DNA from: Chiloscyllium plagiosum
Taxonomy: Eukaryota
Direction of reading: 5' to 3'
DNA length: 56,812 nucleotides
Assembly: GCF_004010195.1 (NCBI RefSeq)
Contig: NC_057718.1
Span: 62,295,407-62,352,218 of the forward strand
Of the stretch, positions 26,201 to 38,200 are shown piece after piece. Position 1 is the stretch's first letter; each line of letters starts with the position of its first letter. The notes beneath the pieces were generated by a model that saw only the letters and a list, made by a program, of their open reading frames with translations, was not told where the DNA came from and did not search any database. A program made the position numbers and the translations under genes.

Positions 26201-29200
26201 AACGTTTTGGTGTCAACTACTTCTCGTGGTAATGAATTCCAAAGGCTCACTACTCTTTAGGTGAAGAAACGCCTCCTCATCTCCATCCTAAAAGGGCCAC
26301 CTTGAATCCTCAGACTGTGACACAACAACCATTGGGAACATCTAACCTGTCTAGTATGAGATTGCCCCTCAGTCATCTGAATCTCAGCGAAAACAATCCT
26401 AACCTAATCAATCACTCATCATATGTCGGTCCTGCCATCCCCAGAATCAGTTTGGTAAACCTTTATTGCACTCCCTCGAGAGCAAGAGCATCCTTTTTCA
26501 GAAAAGGAGACCAAAACTGCACACAATATTCAAAGTAGGGAAGATGGAACAGAGAGAAACAGAATGAAAAGGGGGACAAAGTGAGTGGAAACAGAGAAAC
26601 TACAGCAAAACTAATCACATTCATTAGCATCTTGACGGAACAGGATATTTATCAGTGTTTAACTAAGTTATAAAATGATATTATTGAAAATTACCATGAG
26701 TAATTAAATACACAAAATAATTTTTTTTTTAAAAGTCTTAGAAGAACCCCATTTTAGTGGAGAGTCATGTGGATTTTGTCTGGAATAGTAGAATCTCACC
26801 CTTTAGCCTGCTGCATTGAAAGCAAAACATTTATTCAAGGTTGTCTGCTCACCATTCCTCTTCTGCTCCGTCCCTGAGCTAGCTAATAGGTTCAGATCTA
26901 AATCAGATTTTTTTTTCCTGAATGCTTGCTTAAATTATTCCCTTACAGTTGAGAGTTTCTGTATCACACGCTGCTGATTCTCAATGTTATTAAACCATTA
27001 TCTAGCCTCTGGAAATGAAAAAGATCAAAATTGCATCCACTCACAGTATCAGTTCTAACAGAGAGCAAGCAGTCATTTTCATGTTAATCATTAGTTGAAT
27101 AGAGCCAAAACATTTAAAGTTTTACTTCTTCATTTTTAGGCCTATAAAAAGAAATATTGTACTATGACTCATTAAATGCACAGCCATTTGCAAATCTGCT
27201 CTGACTATATTGTGGTCATGTCACTCTCAAAGAGTCATACAGCACGGAAACAGACCGTGTGCTCCAACCGGTCTACACCGACCATGTTCACAAACTAAAC
27301 TAGCCCCATCTGCGCTTCGTCCATCTTCCTCCAAACTTTTTCTATTCATGTACTTATCCAAATGTCTTTTAGACATTGTAATTATACCTGTATCCACCAC
27401 TTTTGCTGGCAGTTCATTCCACACATGAACCATTCTCTGTGTAAAAAAGTTGCCCCTCATGTCCTTTGAAAGCTTTCTCTTCTCATCTTAAAAATACACC
27501 CACTACTTTTGAACTCCCCAACCTTGGGGAAAAAACACTTGTCATTCACTTAGGTTAACATTTACAAAACAAAATTAGTTGTCCATCACTGTAACATGTG
27601 GAAAGGTTTTTTTAAAATCTGCATTTATCTGCTAAACACCTTATCTTCACCAGGCCACAGATGTTAGGTAGTCTCCCTTCCTTTTCCCTCCGCATATTAT
27701 TAACTTGTTATCTATCTGACTTCTTCCAAAAACTATCCCTTTGGTGACTCTTTGGATGCTGAAGTAGTCTGTGTCCCTATGTAAGAAGGCCTGAACAACA
27801 TTCAGGATTGGAGTGGTAAATGGCAGGTGATATTCATACAACTACCAGGCAATGAAACTTTGCACAAGGGAATATCTAACTATCAGCCGTTATTTATTCA
27901 ATGGTATAACCTTCACTGAATCCCCTACTATCAACACCCTGGGGCTGAACTCAACATGAATATTGTGCAACAAGAAAAGGCTGAGAATTCTGTGGTGAGT
28001 AATTCATCTCCTGATTTCCCAAAGCCCGTCCACCATCTCAAGACACAATTCAGGGGTGTGATGAAATACGCTCCACTTACTTGGAGTGCAGCTCCAACAA
28101 TATCCAAGAAGTCTGGAACATTTTAGACAAGGCAACACATTTCATTGACACTCCTTCCAACACCTTAAAGCACTCACCCCTGTCACCATACTGCAGTTGC
28201 TATGCCAATGTACCATCTATAAGATGCACAGTAGCATTTGACCAAAACCCTTTCCAACCATGCTTTCCAAATCAAAACAAGGGCAGCAGAAGCATGAGAT
28301 GACGGTCACCTGCAAATTCCCCTCCAGCCACATATCATCCTATGTGGAAAAATATCACTGTTACTCTTTAGTCACTTGGTCAAAATTCTGAAACTCCCTT
28401 CCTAACAGTACCTTGAATGCATCTACACTGTTCAAGATAAGAGCTCACCACCACTTTATCAAGGACAATTAGGGACAGCAACAACTGTACACCGAGCCAG
28501 GGACGTCCACATCCTGAGAAATATTTTATAAATTTCACCTTCCACATTTATTATACCTTTCTCACTTGCCTTAAGCCTTCCAAATTATTGTTCGGTGAAA
28601 TGCCTGATGATTGTTCATTGCATCAAAGAAAGCCACTTCTTTTCAAAAATATTTAGTCAGCTTGTCAGGAAACTAACAACTGGAGTTGAGAACAATCAAC
28701 GAAAGATTACGTACAAATCTCAGGCATGATTAATATCTTAACAATCTGTCCTTCATAAGACAATTTCACAACTGTTGAGACCTATGCTCATGTCTATGGA
28801 GCAGGAGAATAGCCCATTCAGAGATAGGAGGTGTTGTCCTGACTTTTACTCCAAGAAAAAATAAAATTGCAAAGCAAAAGCCAGACAAGTGACGATATCC
28901 AAGATCCTGTGGCCTCCCAGTTAAAGATTGGCAACACAACAAACTAGAATTCTTTAGTTGGTTATGTCCTTAAATATCTGAGTGATAATAGAAATTACAG
29001 AAAATGTATTTCCAGCTGTCATGCAAAACATATGCATCGTTTACGTGTGGCTTAGGACTTTGTTTTTGTCTATGTGGAGCTTTCTTTAAGGAATGTCCCT
29101 TCACTTTACTTGTCATAATAGAGTGCCACCTAGTGGTTGAATTAAAGCAAGCAACTACTGTAATGAGTTGGAACCATTACACTCAAAATGACATGGCTTA

Positions 29201-32200
29201 ATGACACATCACGCATCATATAATAATTGCATGAACCTTTTATAACACAAGTTGTTTAATCTATCCAGCTGCTTTCCAAGAGAATAAAAAAAATGCAATA
29301 CAATATAAAGTAATTAATTTCCACAAATGTTTTACAATAAAAATGGTCATTTTGCTCATTAACTTAGAAAATATGGCAAATTGACTTGAGTTCCACTTAT
29401 GGAATAATTTGATATCCGAACCCTTATCAAATTACTCAATTTTAGTTTCATGCAGAGACAAAATAAAACATGTGGAGCAACCAATCACATCCACAGAGTT
29501 TGCTTTATAACAAATATTCAGCAAAAGGACTTTGTTAACAGTATCAATGTACCATAAAGAATCCCACTGTATCAAGAAAAGGGAATTTCAATTGAAGAGA
29601 ACCTGTAAATTAGAAATTGTGAAAATTTGTATGATTTGAAGTGTCATTCTTTACATACACAGCAAAGAAAGTTGCCTCAGAGTAAAACGGGAGGTTGATC
29701 AGATGAGCCAATCGGCCGAGGATTGGTAGATGGAGTTTCATTTAGGTGAATGGGAGGTGCTATATTTTGGAAAAGCAAGTCAGGGCAGGGATTATATGCT
29801 TATAGTAAGGCCCTGGGGTGGGCTGCTGAACAAAGAGACCTTGGAGTGCAGGTTCATAGTTCATTGAAAGTGGAGTCGCAGGTTGATAGGCAAGTGAAGG
29901 CTTTTGGTACGCTTGCCTTTATTGGTCAGTGCATTGAGTTTAGGGGTTAGGAGGTCATATTGTGGCTGTACAAGACATTAATCAGGCTAATTTTGGTATA
30001 TTGCGTGCAATTCTGGTCCCACTGCTGTAGGAAGGATGTTGTGAAACTTGAAAGGGTTCAGAAAAGACTTCCAAGGATGTTGCCAGGGTTGGAGGGTTCA
30101 AGCTATAGGGAGAGGCTGAATAGACTGGGGCTATATTCCCTGGAGCGTTGGAGGCTGAGAGGTGACCTTATACAGGTTTATAAAATCATGTGGTGCATGG
30201 ATAAGGTAAATAGACAAAGTCTTTTCGGGGAGGGGGGAAAAGAGTCAAAAGCTAGACGGCATAGGTTTAAGGTGAGGAGGAAAGATTTAAAAGGGATCTA
30301 AGGAGCAACGATGGTATGTGTATGGAATTAGTGATCAGCGGAAGTGGTGGAGACTGATACAGTTACAACATTTAAAAGGCATCTGGATGGGTATATGATG
30401 CTATGAAGATGTGGGTGTACTGTACCTTTAAGACAGAAAAGCTAGCAGAACTACCTGACAGCACCAAGTATTCTGAATTAGATATAATGTAACATGTGAG
30501 GGAAAGAAGTTGGAAGAAGGGGAGATTCTACAGTACGAAACCAAAAGTAGGGAGCACTGGTAAGACTTTACTACAGATAAAAAAAGAAGCCCAAGTGGGT
30601 GGAAAGGAGGTGAAAGGCCTCAGGTGTTTCCACTGTGGTAAAGTGGGACACAAAGTCATAGCGCTGGTCGTTAAGAAAAACGCTGTGGGAAAATATGTGG
30701 TAAAAGAAGCTAAGCCAGAGGCATTAGTGAAGGTAGTAAAGGTGACCCCAAGGAGAGTGGAGGAGCTGCAGGAGAGTGCACAGGCTAGGCAGGGGTTGGG
30801 TATAGAGTTAGTACCTGATCTCTACAAAGAATTTGCCTCTGTGGGCAAAGTTTACTCAGAAAGAACAGGAAGAGAAGGACAAGAAGTTATAATTTTGACT
30901 GATACAGGATCTAACCAGTCGCTGATAGTAAGGGATGAGTGAATATGCATACAGCATGGTGGCTCAGTGGTTAACACAGCGCCAAGAACCCAAGTTCGAT
31001 TCCTGCCTTAGGTGATTGTCTGTGTGAAGTTTGCACATTCTCCCCATGTCTGCGTGGGTTTCCTCCATAATCCAAAAATGTGCAGGTCAGGTGAATTTGC
31101 CAAGCTAAATTGCCCATAATGTTAGGTGCATGAGTCAGGGATAAATATAGGGTAGGAAAATGCGACTAGGTGGGCCTGTTTCCACACTAAGTAATCTAAT
31201 CTAATCAAACAGGGTATCCACTAACTGAACCTCCCTCACCTTTCTCTTTACTTTTCACTTCATGCTGTGACTTATGATAGTGGGATGTGGTTACCATACA
31301 GGATGGGAAAATACCAGGATATTTTTGTTTTAACTCCTCGGTTTCTCTGTCTTCCTTGGGCTTCTCCACAATTAGGGGTGTCACTCCCACCTTGGATCCT
31401 GCCAAATCATTCCCAAAAACAAAGTGAATTCCAGGAACTGACACTCTGTCAATCACTCCCACTGTTTCCCCAGTCTTCAGTCCAATCTGATCTTATATAG
31501 GGGAATGCTAAATTTCTGTCCATCTATCCCACAAATTATCACACTCTCATAACAGATCAGAAAGATTAGATTAGGTTGCCTACAGTGAGGAAACAGGCCA
31601 TTTGGCCCAACAAGTCCACACCGACCCTCTGAAGCGCAACCCACCCATACCCCTACATTACCCCTTCACCAAACACTACAGGTAATTTAGCATGGCCAAT
31701 TCACCTGACCTGCACATCTTTGGACTGTGGGAGGAAACTGGAGCACCCGGAGGAAACCCACGCAGACACGGGGAGAATATGCAAATTCCACACAGTCAGT
31801 CGCCTGAGGCAGGAATGATGTAATGCTGCAGGAAAAACCTGAACAAGCAGAGGGTCAGACAAAAGTGTTTAGTCCTGAAAGGCTAAGGGACTTGCAACAG
31901 CAAGACAAGACGATAAAAGATATATATGTGTGAATGCATACTCCAAAAAAAAAAGGAGGCAGAGAATATTCCGGAGGGTTATTACCCGAAAGGTAGAATC
32001 CTAAAGGTGGAAATGGAAACCATGGGAGGTTAGTGTAGAGGAGGAATGGGCTGAAGTGCACCAGATTGTGTTGCAGGTAGCATACAGACAGGAGGTGTTA
32101 CTGGTAGTACACGAACTACTTGTAGGTCACCTACGAGTTCAGAAGACTCAGGCTAAGGTACAAAAACATTTTTATTGGCCTGGAATGCACAAGGATGTGG

Positions 32201-35200
32201 TTACCTTTTGCTGAATATGTCATACATGCCAAATGGTCTGTAAGCCACAGGTGGTAATAAAACCAGCAGCTTTGTTGCCAATTCCCGCGTTCGATGAACC
32301 TTTCACGCAGGTTATAATTGATTGTTAAGGTCCCCTCCAGAGAACTAGAAGTGGGAACCAGTACTTATTAACCACAATGGATGCATTTACCAGATTTCCA
32401 GGGACGATTCCATTACGGAGTATCATGGCAAAAAAGGTTAGAGGAGTTAGTAGCTTTCTTCACACGGTATGGGCTACCCAGAGAGATTCAGTCAGGCCAA
32501 GGATCAAACTTTACTGCTAGGCTGTTTAAAGGGGTTATGGACATCTTAGGTGCACAGCACTTTAAATCCAGTGCATATCATCCTAAATCCCAGGGTGCTT
32601 TAGAAAAGTAGCATCAGACCTTGAAGACCATGTTGAGAGTATACTGTCAGGATTACCCAAATGATTAGGATAAAGGTATCCCATTTGTATTGTTTGCCTT
32701 TACAGATGCCCCAAACGAATCTACTCAGTTCACTCCCTTCGAGTTAATATTCAGGCATGAAGTGAGAGGCCCTTTGAAATTAAAGAAAAATTGACAGGAC
32801 CACAGTCGGAGATCTCACACTTCGATTATGTATCGGAGGTGAGAGACAGACTAAATCGAGTGGGTGAGTTAAACAGCACCTAATGAGGGCACAGTGTAGA
32901 ATGAAGCAGGTGGCAGATAAAAGTTCAGAGACTCGGATGTTTTCCCGAGGGGATAACATGTTCGTACCATTACCAGTGATAGGAGATCCCTTCAAGGCCA
33001 GGTTTAGTGGTTCCTATCAAATTGAGAAAAGGTTGATTCAGGTGAACTATCTAGCAAAGATGCCAGGTAGGGAAAAAAAGGTATCGGGTATGTCATGTGA
33101 ACATTTTGAAACTATATTATACTACAGAGAAAGAACTGGAGAAATAGGTGTTAGTTACTGCCCCACAGAGTGAGAAATCAAATCCAGATGATGTGGATTT
33201 TGATGTGCCTCAAAATAGATTTTTAAAAAATGAAGTAGTCATGGGGGAGTGGGATAGGTTAGTAAGCTATCGGTCTCAGGAGCATGGAACGCAGTTAAAA
33301 GATTTGTTACTGCTGTATGAAGACATATATAAGAATCAGATGGGGAGGACTTTGTGCTATTGTACATGAAGTAGACGTAGGGAATACTGCTCCGATACAA
33401 CAACACTCCTATTGGCTTAATCCTTTCAAAGCCAGACAAGTCCACATGGAGGTGGATGCCAGGCTCAATAAGGGCATCATTGAACCAAGCCAGAGCAAAT
33501 GAAGTTCGCCGATCGTCTTAGTTCCCAAACCGGACAGAACTCAACAATTCTGCGTGGATTATCGAAAGGTCAATGCCATTACAAAATGAGACTCATATCC
33601 AATTCCTAAATTAGAGGACTTTATTAAAAGGTTGGACAAGCTAGTTACATCAACAAATTGGACTTAATGCATGGTTACTAGCAGGCACCTTTATCAGACA
33701 CGGCAAAAGAAATTTGTGTTTGTAACCCCAAATGGGCTATATTAGTTTAAAATGATGCCCTTTAGAATGAAGAATGCACCCACCACATTCCAAAGACTCA
33801 TGAACAGAATTGTGGCTGGGTAAACAAACTGTACAGTTTATTTGGACGATGTCGTTATCTTTAGTAAGTTCTGGAAAGATCACATGGTACAGTTGGCAAA
33901 GCTCTTTGAATGACTACGAGAAGCAAAACTGGTGATAAACTTAAATAAAACTGAATTTATGAAAGCAGAGGTGGCGTGCTTGGGACATAACATCGGTCAT
34001 GGAAGGTTGACCCCACGGAATGCAAAGACGAAGGCCATTGAGGAATTCCCACGACCAACCTCAAAGAAAGTGGTGCTTTGATTCTTAGGACTCAGCAGAT
34101 TCTATTGGAAGTTTATTCCAAACTTCAGCAGTATAGTGGCAGCGTTAACTGATTTGCTGAAGAAGAACACGGTTTTGGTGGACAGAACCATGCCAGGAGG
34201 CGTTCGACCATTTGAAAGCCATGTTAACCACCAAACCAGTTTTAGCTACACAAACCTTTTCAAAACCTTTTAAAGTCACAATCAATGCTAGTGACACAGG
34301 AAGATGAGGATGGGACTGAACTGCCAGTTGGTTACTTTTCGAAGATGATCAACATCCACCAGAGAAAACACTCCACGATCAAAAAAGAATTATTGAGTTT
34401 GGCACTGGCCTTACAATAATTTAACATGTATGTCACGAACAACTTGTAGGAGATGGCGGTGTACACGGATCACAATCCGTTTACATTCTGAGAACACTTT
34501 AAAGACAAGAATAATGAGACTATTTTGTTGGGGTCTTATGTGACAAACTTATATTTTAAAAATCTTACATGTTGCAGGTTGTAAGAATGTAATCGCACAT
34601 GCACTATCATGGATTTAACTGATAACGTTTAGCCGAGATTTGTATTTATTCAATGTTTTATACATAGAGTTATATGGGAAGTAGTTAAGGTGAACTTGGA
34701 TCAAAGTTATTGGTATGTTAGAGTAATGTGTTTCAAGAATAGAAAAAGAATGAAGCCATCTTTTCATTATGATGGTTCATTTCTTCTTAAGGGGGAAGTG
34801 TTATGAAGATGTGGGTGTACTGTACCTTTGAAAGAGAAAAGCTAGCAGAACTACCTGACAGCACAAAGTGTTCTGATTAAGATACAATGTAACATGATCC
34901 AGCAGCTAGGGTAGCTGGGTTGTCTGGAGTTGACAAAACAAATGCAAATTCGGCCAATCAATCAGTTTAAATTACACCCCCCCCAAAACAACCAAACTCC
35001 AATCAAGTCTGAATTTATTATATTGATAATATTAAAAGCCAATGACACAATCTGATGCTTTGGGGGTATAAGACCGGGAAAAATCGAACAGTTGTGGGAG
35101 AACTGCCAAAAGACCAACAGATGTAGACTGCTAGTCAAAGCTGTCTGAGAGGTACCTGTCTCGAGAAGTTTGCTCAGAGAAAAACATAACACCAAATCTA

Positions 35201-38200
35201 TGGAGGAAGATACAACAGCTGGCTGGTTTTGAAATTTGAATTTTTTGGTAAATCTTACTCAGGGGTTTTATTGGACTAGTATTATCAAAGAGAAAATAAA
35301 AGATAGGTTAGAGGAAGGAGTTGTAAATAGCTGTTAGTTAATTGTTCTCTGTTATGCTTTAAGAAATAAAGTTGTTAATTTTTACTTCAAATATTTTTTA
35401 CTCTTGGCCTCTTGAATTTTCACAGATTACTGCACAGGATAAATCTTCTGTGTTGCTGGTTTAAATTAAGCAGGAGGATTTACCCTGTGTTGTAACAATG
35501 GATAGTGGAAAGTGAGGACTGCAGGTGATGGAGATCAGAGTCGAAAAGTGTGGCGCTGGAAAAGCACAGCAGGTCAAGGCAGCATCCGAGGAGCAGGAAA
35601 ATTGATGTTTCGGGCATAAGCCCTTCATCAGGAAGGTGGAGGGGTCTGGGAGATAAATAGGATGGGGGGGGCGGGGGCTGGAGGGAAGGTAGCTGGAAAG
35701 CCGATCGGCAAATGCAGGTTGGGGATGATGGTGATAGGTCGGAACAGAGGGTGGAGCGGATAGGTGGGAAGGAAGATGGACAGGTGGGACAGTTCAAAAG
35801 GGTGGTGCAAGTTGAATATTAGGATCTGGGATGTGGAAGGAAAGATGAGGAAGCTGGTAAAATTGACATTGATGCCATGTAGTTGGAGGGTCTCAAGGCA
35901 GAAGATGAGCTGTTCTTCCTCTAGGTGTCGGGTGGCTAGGATTTGGCAGTAGAGGAAGCCCAGGACATGCATGTCCTTGCCAGAGTGGGAGGCGAAGTTG
36001 AAGTGGTTGGCCACAGGGCAGTGGGGTTATTTAGTGTCCCCCCCCCCAGAGATATTCTCGGAAACGTTCCACGAGTAGGCACCCTTTCTCCCAAATGTGG
36101 AGGGGATCACGTCAAGAACAACAGACACAGTAGATGAGGAGTTTAGGTATGCAAGAAAATCTCTGCTGGATGTGGAAGCATTCTTTGGGGACTTGGATGG
36201 AGTCAAAAGGGGAGGTGTGGGCGCAGTTTTTACACCTTTTGCGATGGCCAGGGAAGGTGACGAGAGTGAAGGATTGGTTGGTACCTGACTCGGTCTCTGT
36301 GGAATGTTTCTAGGGATGGGAGGGAAATATATCCCTGGTGGTGGGGTGTTATTATAGGTGGCGGAAATGATGGAGGAAAATACATTGTATCTGGAGATTA
36401 GGGGGGTGGAAGGTGAAGACCAGAGAGGTTCTATCCTTGTTGCAATTGGAGGGGTAGGGTTCAAGGGGGCAGGTGCGGGAAGTGGACGAGATGCGGTGGA
36501 GGGCACTGTTAAGCACGTGAGAGGGGAAACTGCAGTCCTTGAAAAAGGAGGCCATCTGGGATATTCTGGAATGGAATTGCTTCTCTTGGGAGCAGATACA
36601 GCAGAGGTGGAGGAATTGGGTATAAGGGATAACGTTTTCACAGTAGGGGGTGGGAGGAGGTGTAGTCCAGATAGCTGTGGGAGTTGGTGGGTTTGAAGTA
36701 GATGGCCATGTTGAGTCGGTTACTGAAAATGGAGACACAGAGGTCCAGGAAGGGGAGGGAGGTATCGGAGATGGTCCAGGTGAACTTGAGGTCAGGGTGG
36801 AAGGTATTCATGAAATTGATGAACTGTTCAAGCTCTTCGCGTAGCACAAGGTGGCACTGAGGTGTCATCAATGTAGCGGAAGAAAAGGTGGGGAATGGTT
36901 CCAGTGTAACTATGGAAGATGGTCTGTTCCATGTACCCAACGAAAAGGTAGAAATAGCTGGGGCCCATGCGAGTGCATATGGCTACCTCTTTGGTCTTAA
37001 GGAAGTGGGAGGATTCTAAGGAGAAATTGTGGAGGATGAGGAACAGTTCAGCCAATTGAATGAGTGCGTCAGCAAAGGGGTATTGGTTGGGTCAGCGGGA
37101 GAGGAAGAAATGGAGGGCTTGGAGTCCTTCCCCATGGCAGATGGACGTGTACAGGGACTGGATGTTCATGGTGAAGATGAGGTTTTGGGGGCCAGGGAAA
37201 TGAAAGTCATGGAGGTGGTGGAAGGGCACCTTCCAACTGCAATAAGGGTAGAAACCCCCTGGTCCTCACCTTTCACCCCACCAATCTCTGGATACAGCAC
37301 ATCATCCTCCTCCACCAGAGATATATTTCTCTCCCAACCCTGAGAAGCATTCCACAGAAAACATTCCCTCCACAACTCCTTTTTAGGTCCATGCCCCCCA
37401 CCAACCCACCCTCCACTCCTGGCACCTTCCCTTGCCACCGCAAGAGGTGCAAAACCTGCATCCAAACCTCCCCCTTCACCTCCAAAGGATCCTTCCATAT
37501 CTGGCAGAGATTTCCTGCACATCCAAACACCTCATCTATTGTGTTCCGTTGCTCTCAATATGGTCTCCTCTCCATTGGGGAGACAGGACACCAACTCGTG
37601 GAATGTTTCAGAGAACATCTCTGGGACACATGTACAAACAACCTATCACCCTGTGGCCGACCACTTCAACTCCCCCCTCCCACTCCGCAAGGACATGCAA
37701 GTCCTGAGCCTGCTGCACCGCCAAATCCGAGCCACCCGAAGCCTGGAGGAAGAACGGCTTATCTTCCGCCTTGGGACCCTCCAACCACACGGCATCAATC
37801 TTTAATTCACCACTTTCCTCATCTCCTCTCCCCCCCAAGCCACATTCCCCCCCATTAATTTCTCAGCCGCCTTCCACCTGAATGGCTTATGCTGAAAACA
37901 TCAATTCTCCTGCTCCTCAGATGCTGCATGACCTGCTGTGCTTTTCCAGCACCAAACATTTTGACTAGGCATAAGAATAGGAAGGGTTGGGAGAGATATG
38001 GGCCAAATGCTGGCAAGCAGGATTACTTTTATTTCGGTTATCTGGTCAGCGTGGACAAGTTGGACCAAAGGCTCTGTTTCCAAGCGGACATCTCTATGAT
38101 TCTATATATTAATCTGAGAAGGACACTGGCCCATTACAACACAGTCAGTGACTTGACAGTGGATTTTTACATTGACTTAACATAATTTGAGATCTTTTTT

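Larger units (their letters stand above)
30399..35497 (+). mobile_element. Decayed Ty3/gypsy LTR retrotransposon, Gmr1-like order gag-PR-IN-RT-RH
   Basis: CFHCGKVGH zinc knuckle (~30625); DTG protease (~30900); integrase HHCC and core (~32100-32780); GPY/F-like RFSGSYQI (~33000); RT YLDD at 33839-33850; RNase H (~34250-34620); PPT at 34789-34798; paired LTRs. Many stop codons. Confidence 0.92.

Noticed and set aside
30496..30942. Domesticated gag/protease gene
   Set aside because: The zinc knuckle lacks its last Cys, the frame ends in a stop within the protease, and the element is riddled with stops.
36027..36641. Longest ORF (204 aa) as a novel protein
   Set aside because: Mostly an alternative-frame read-through of a frameshifted Penelope ORF.
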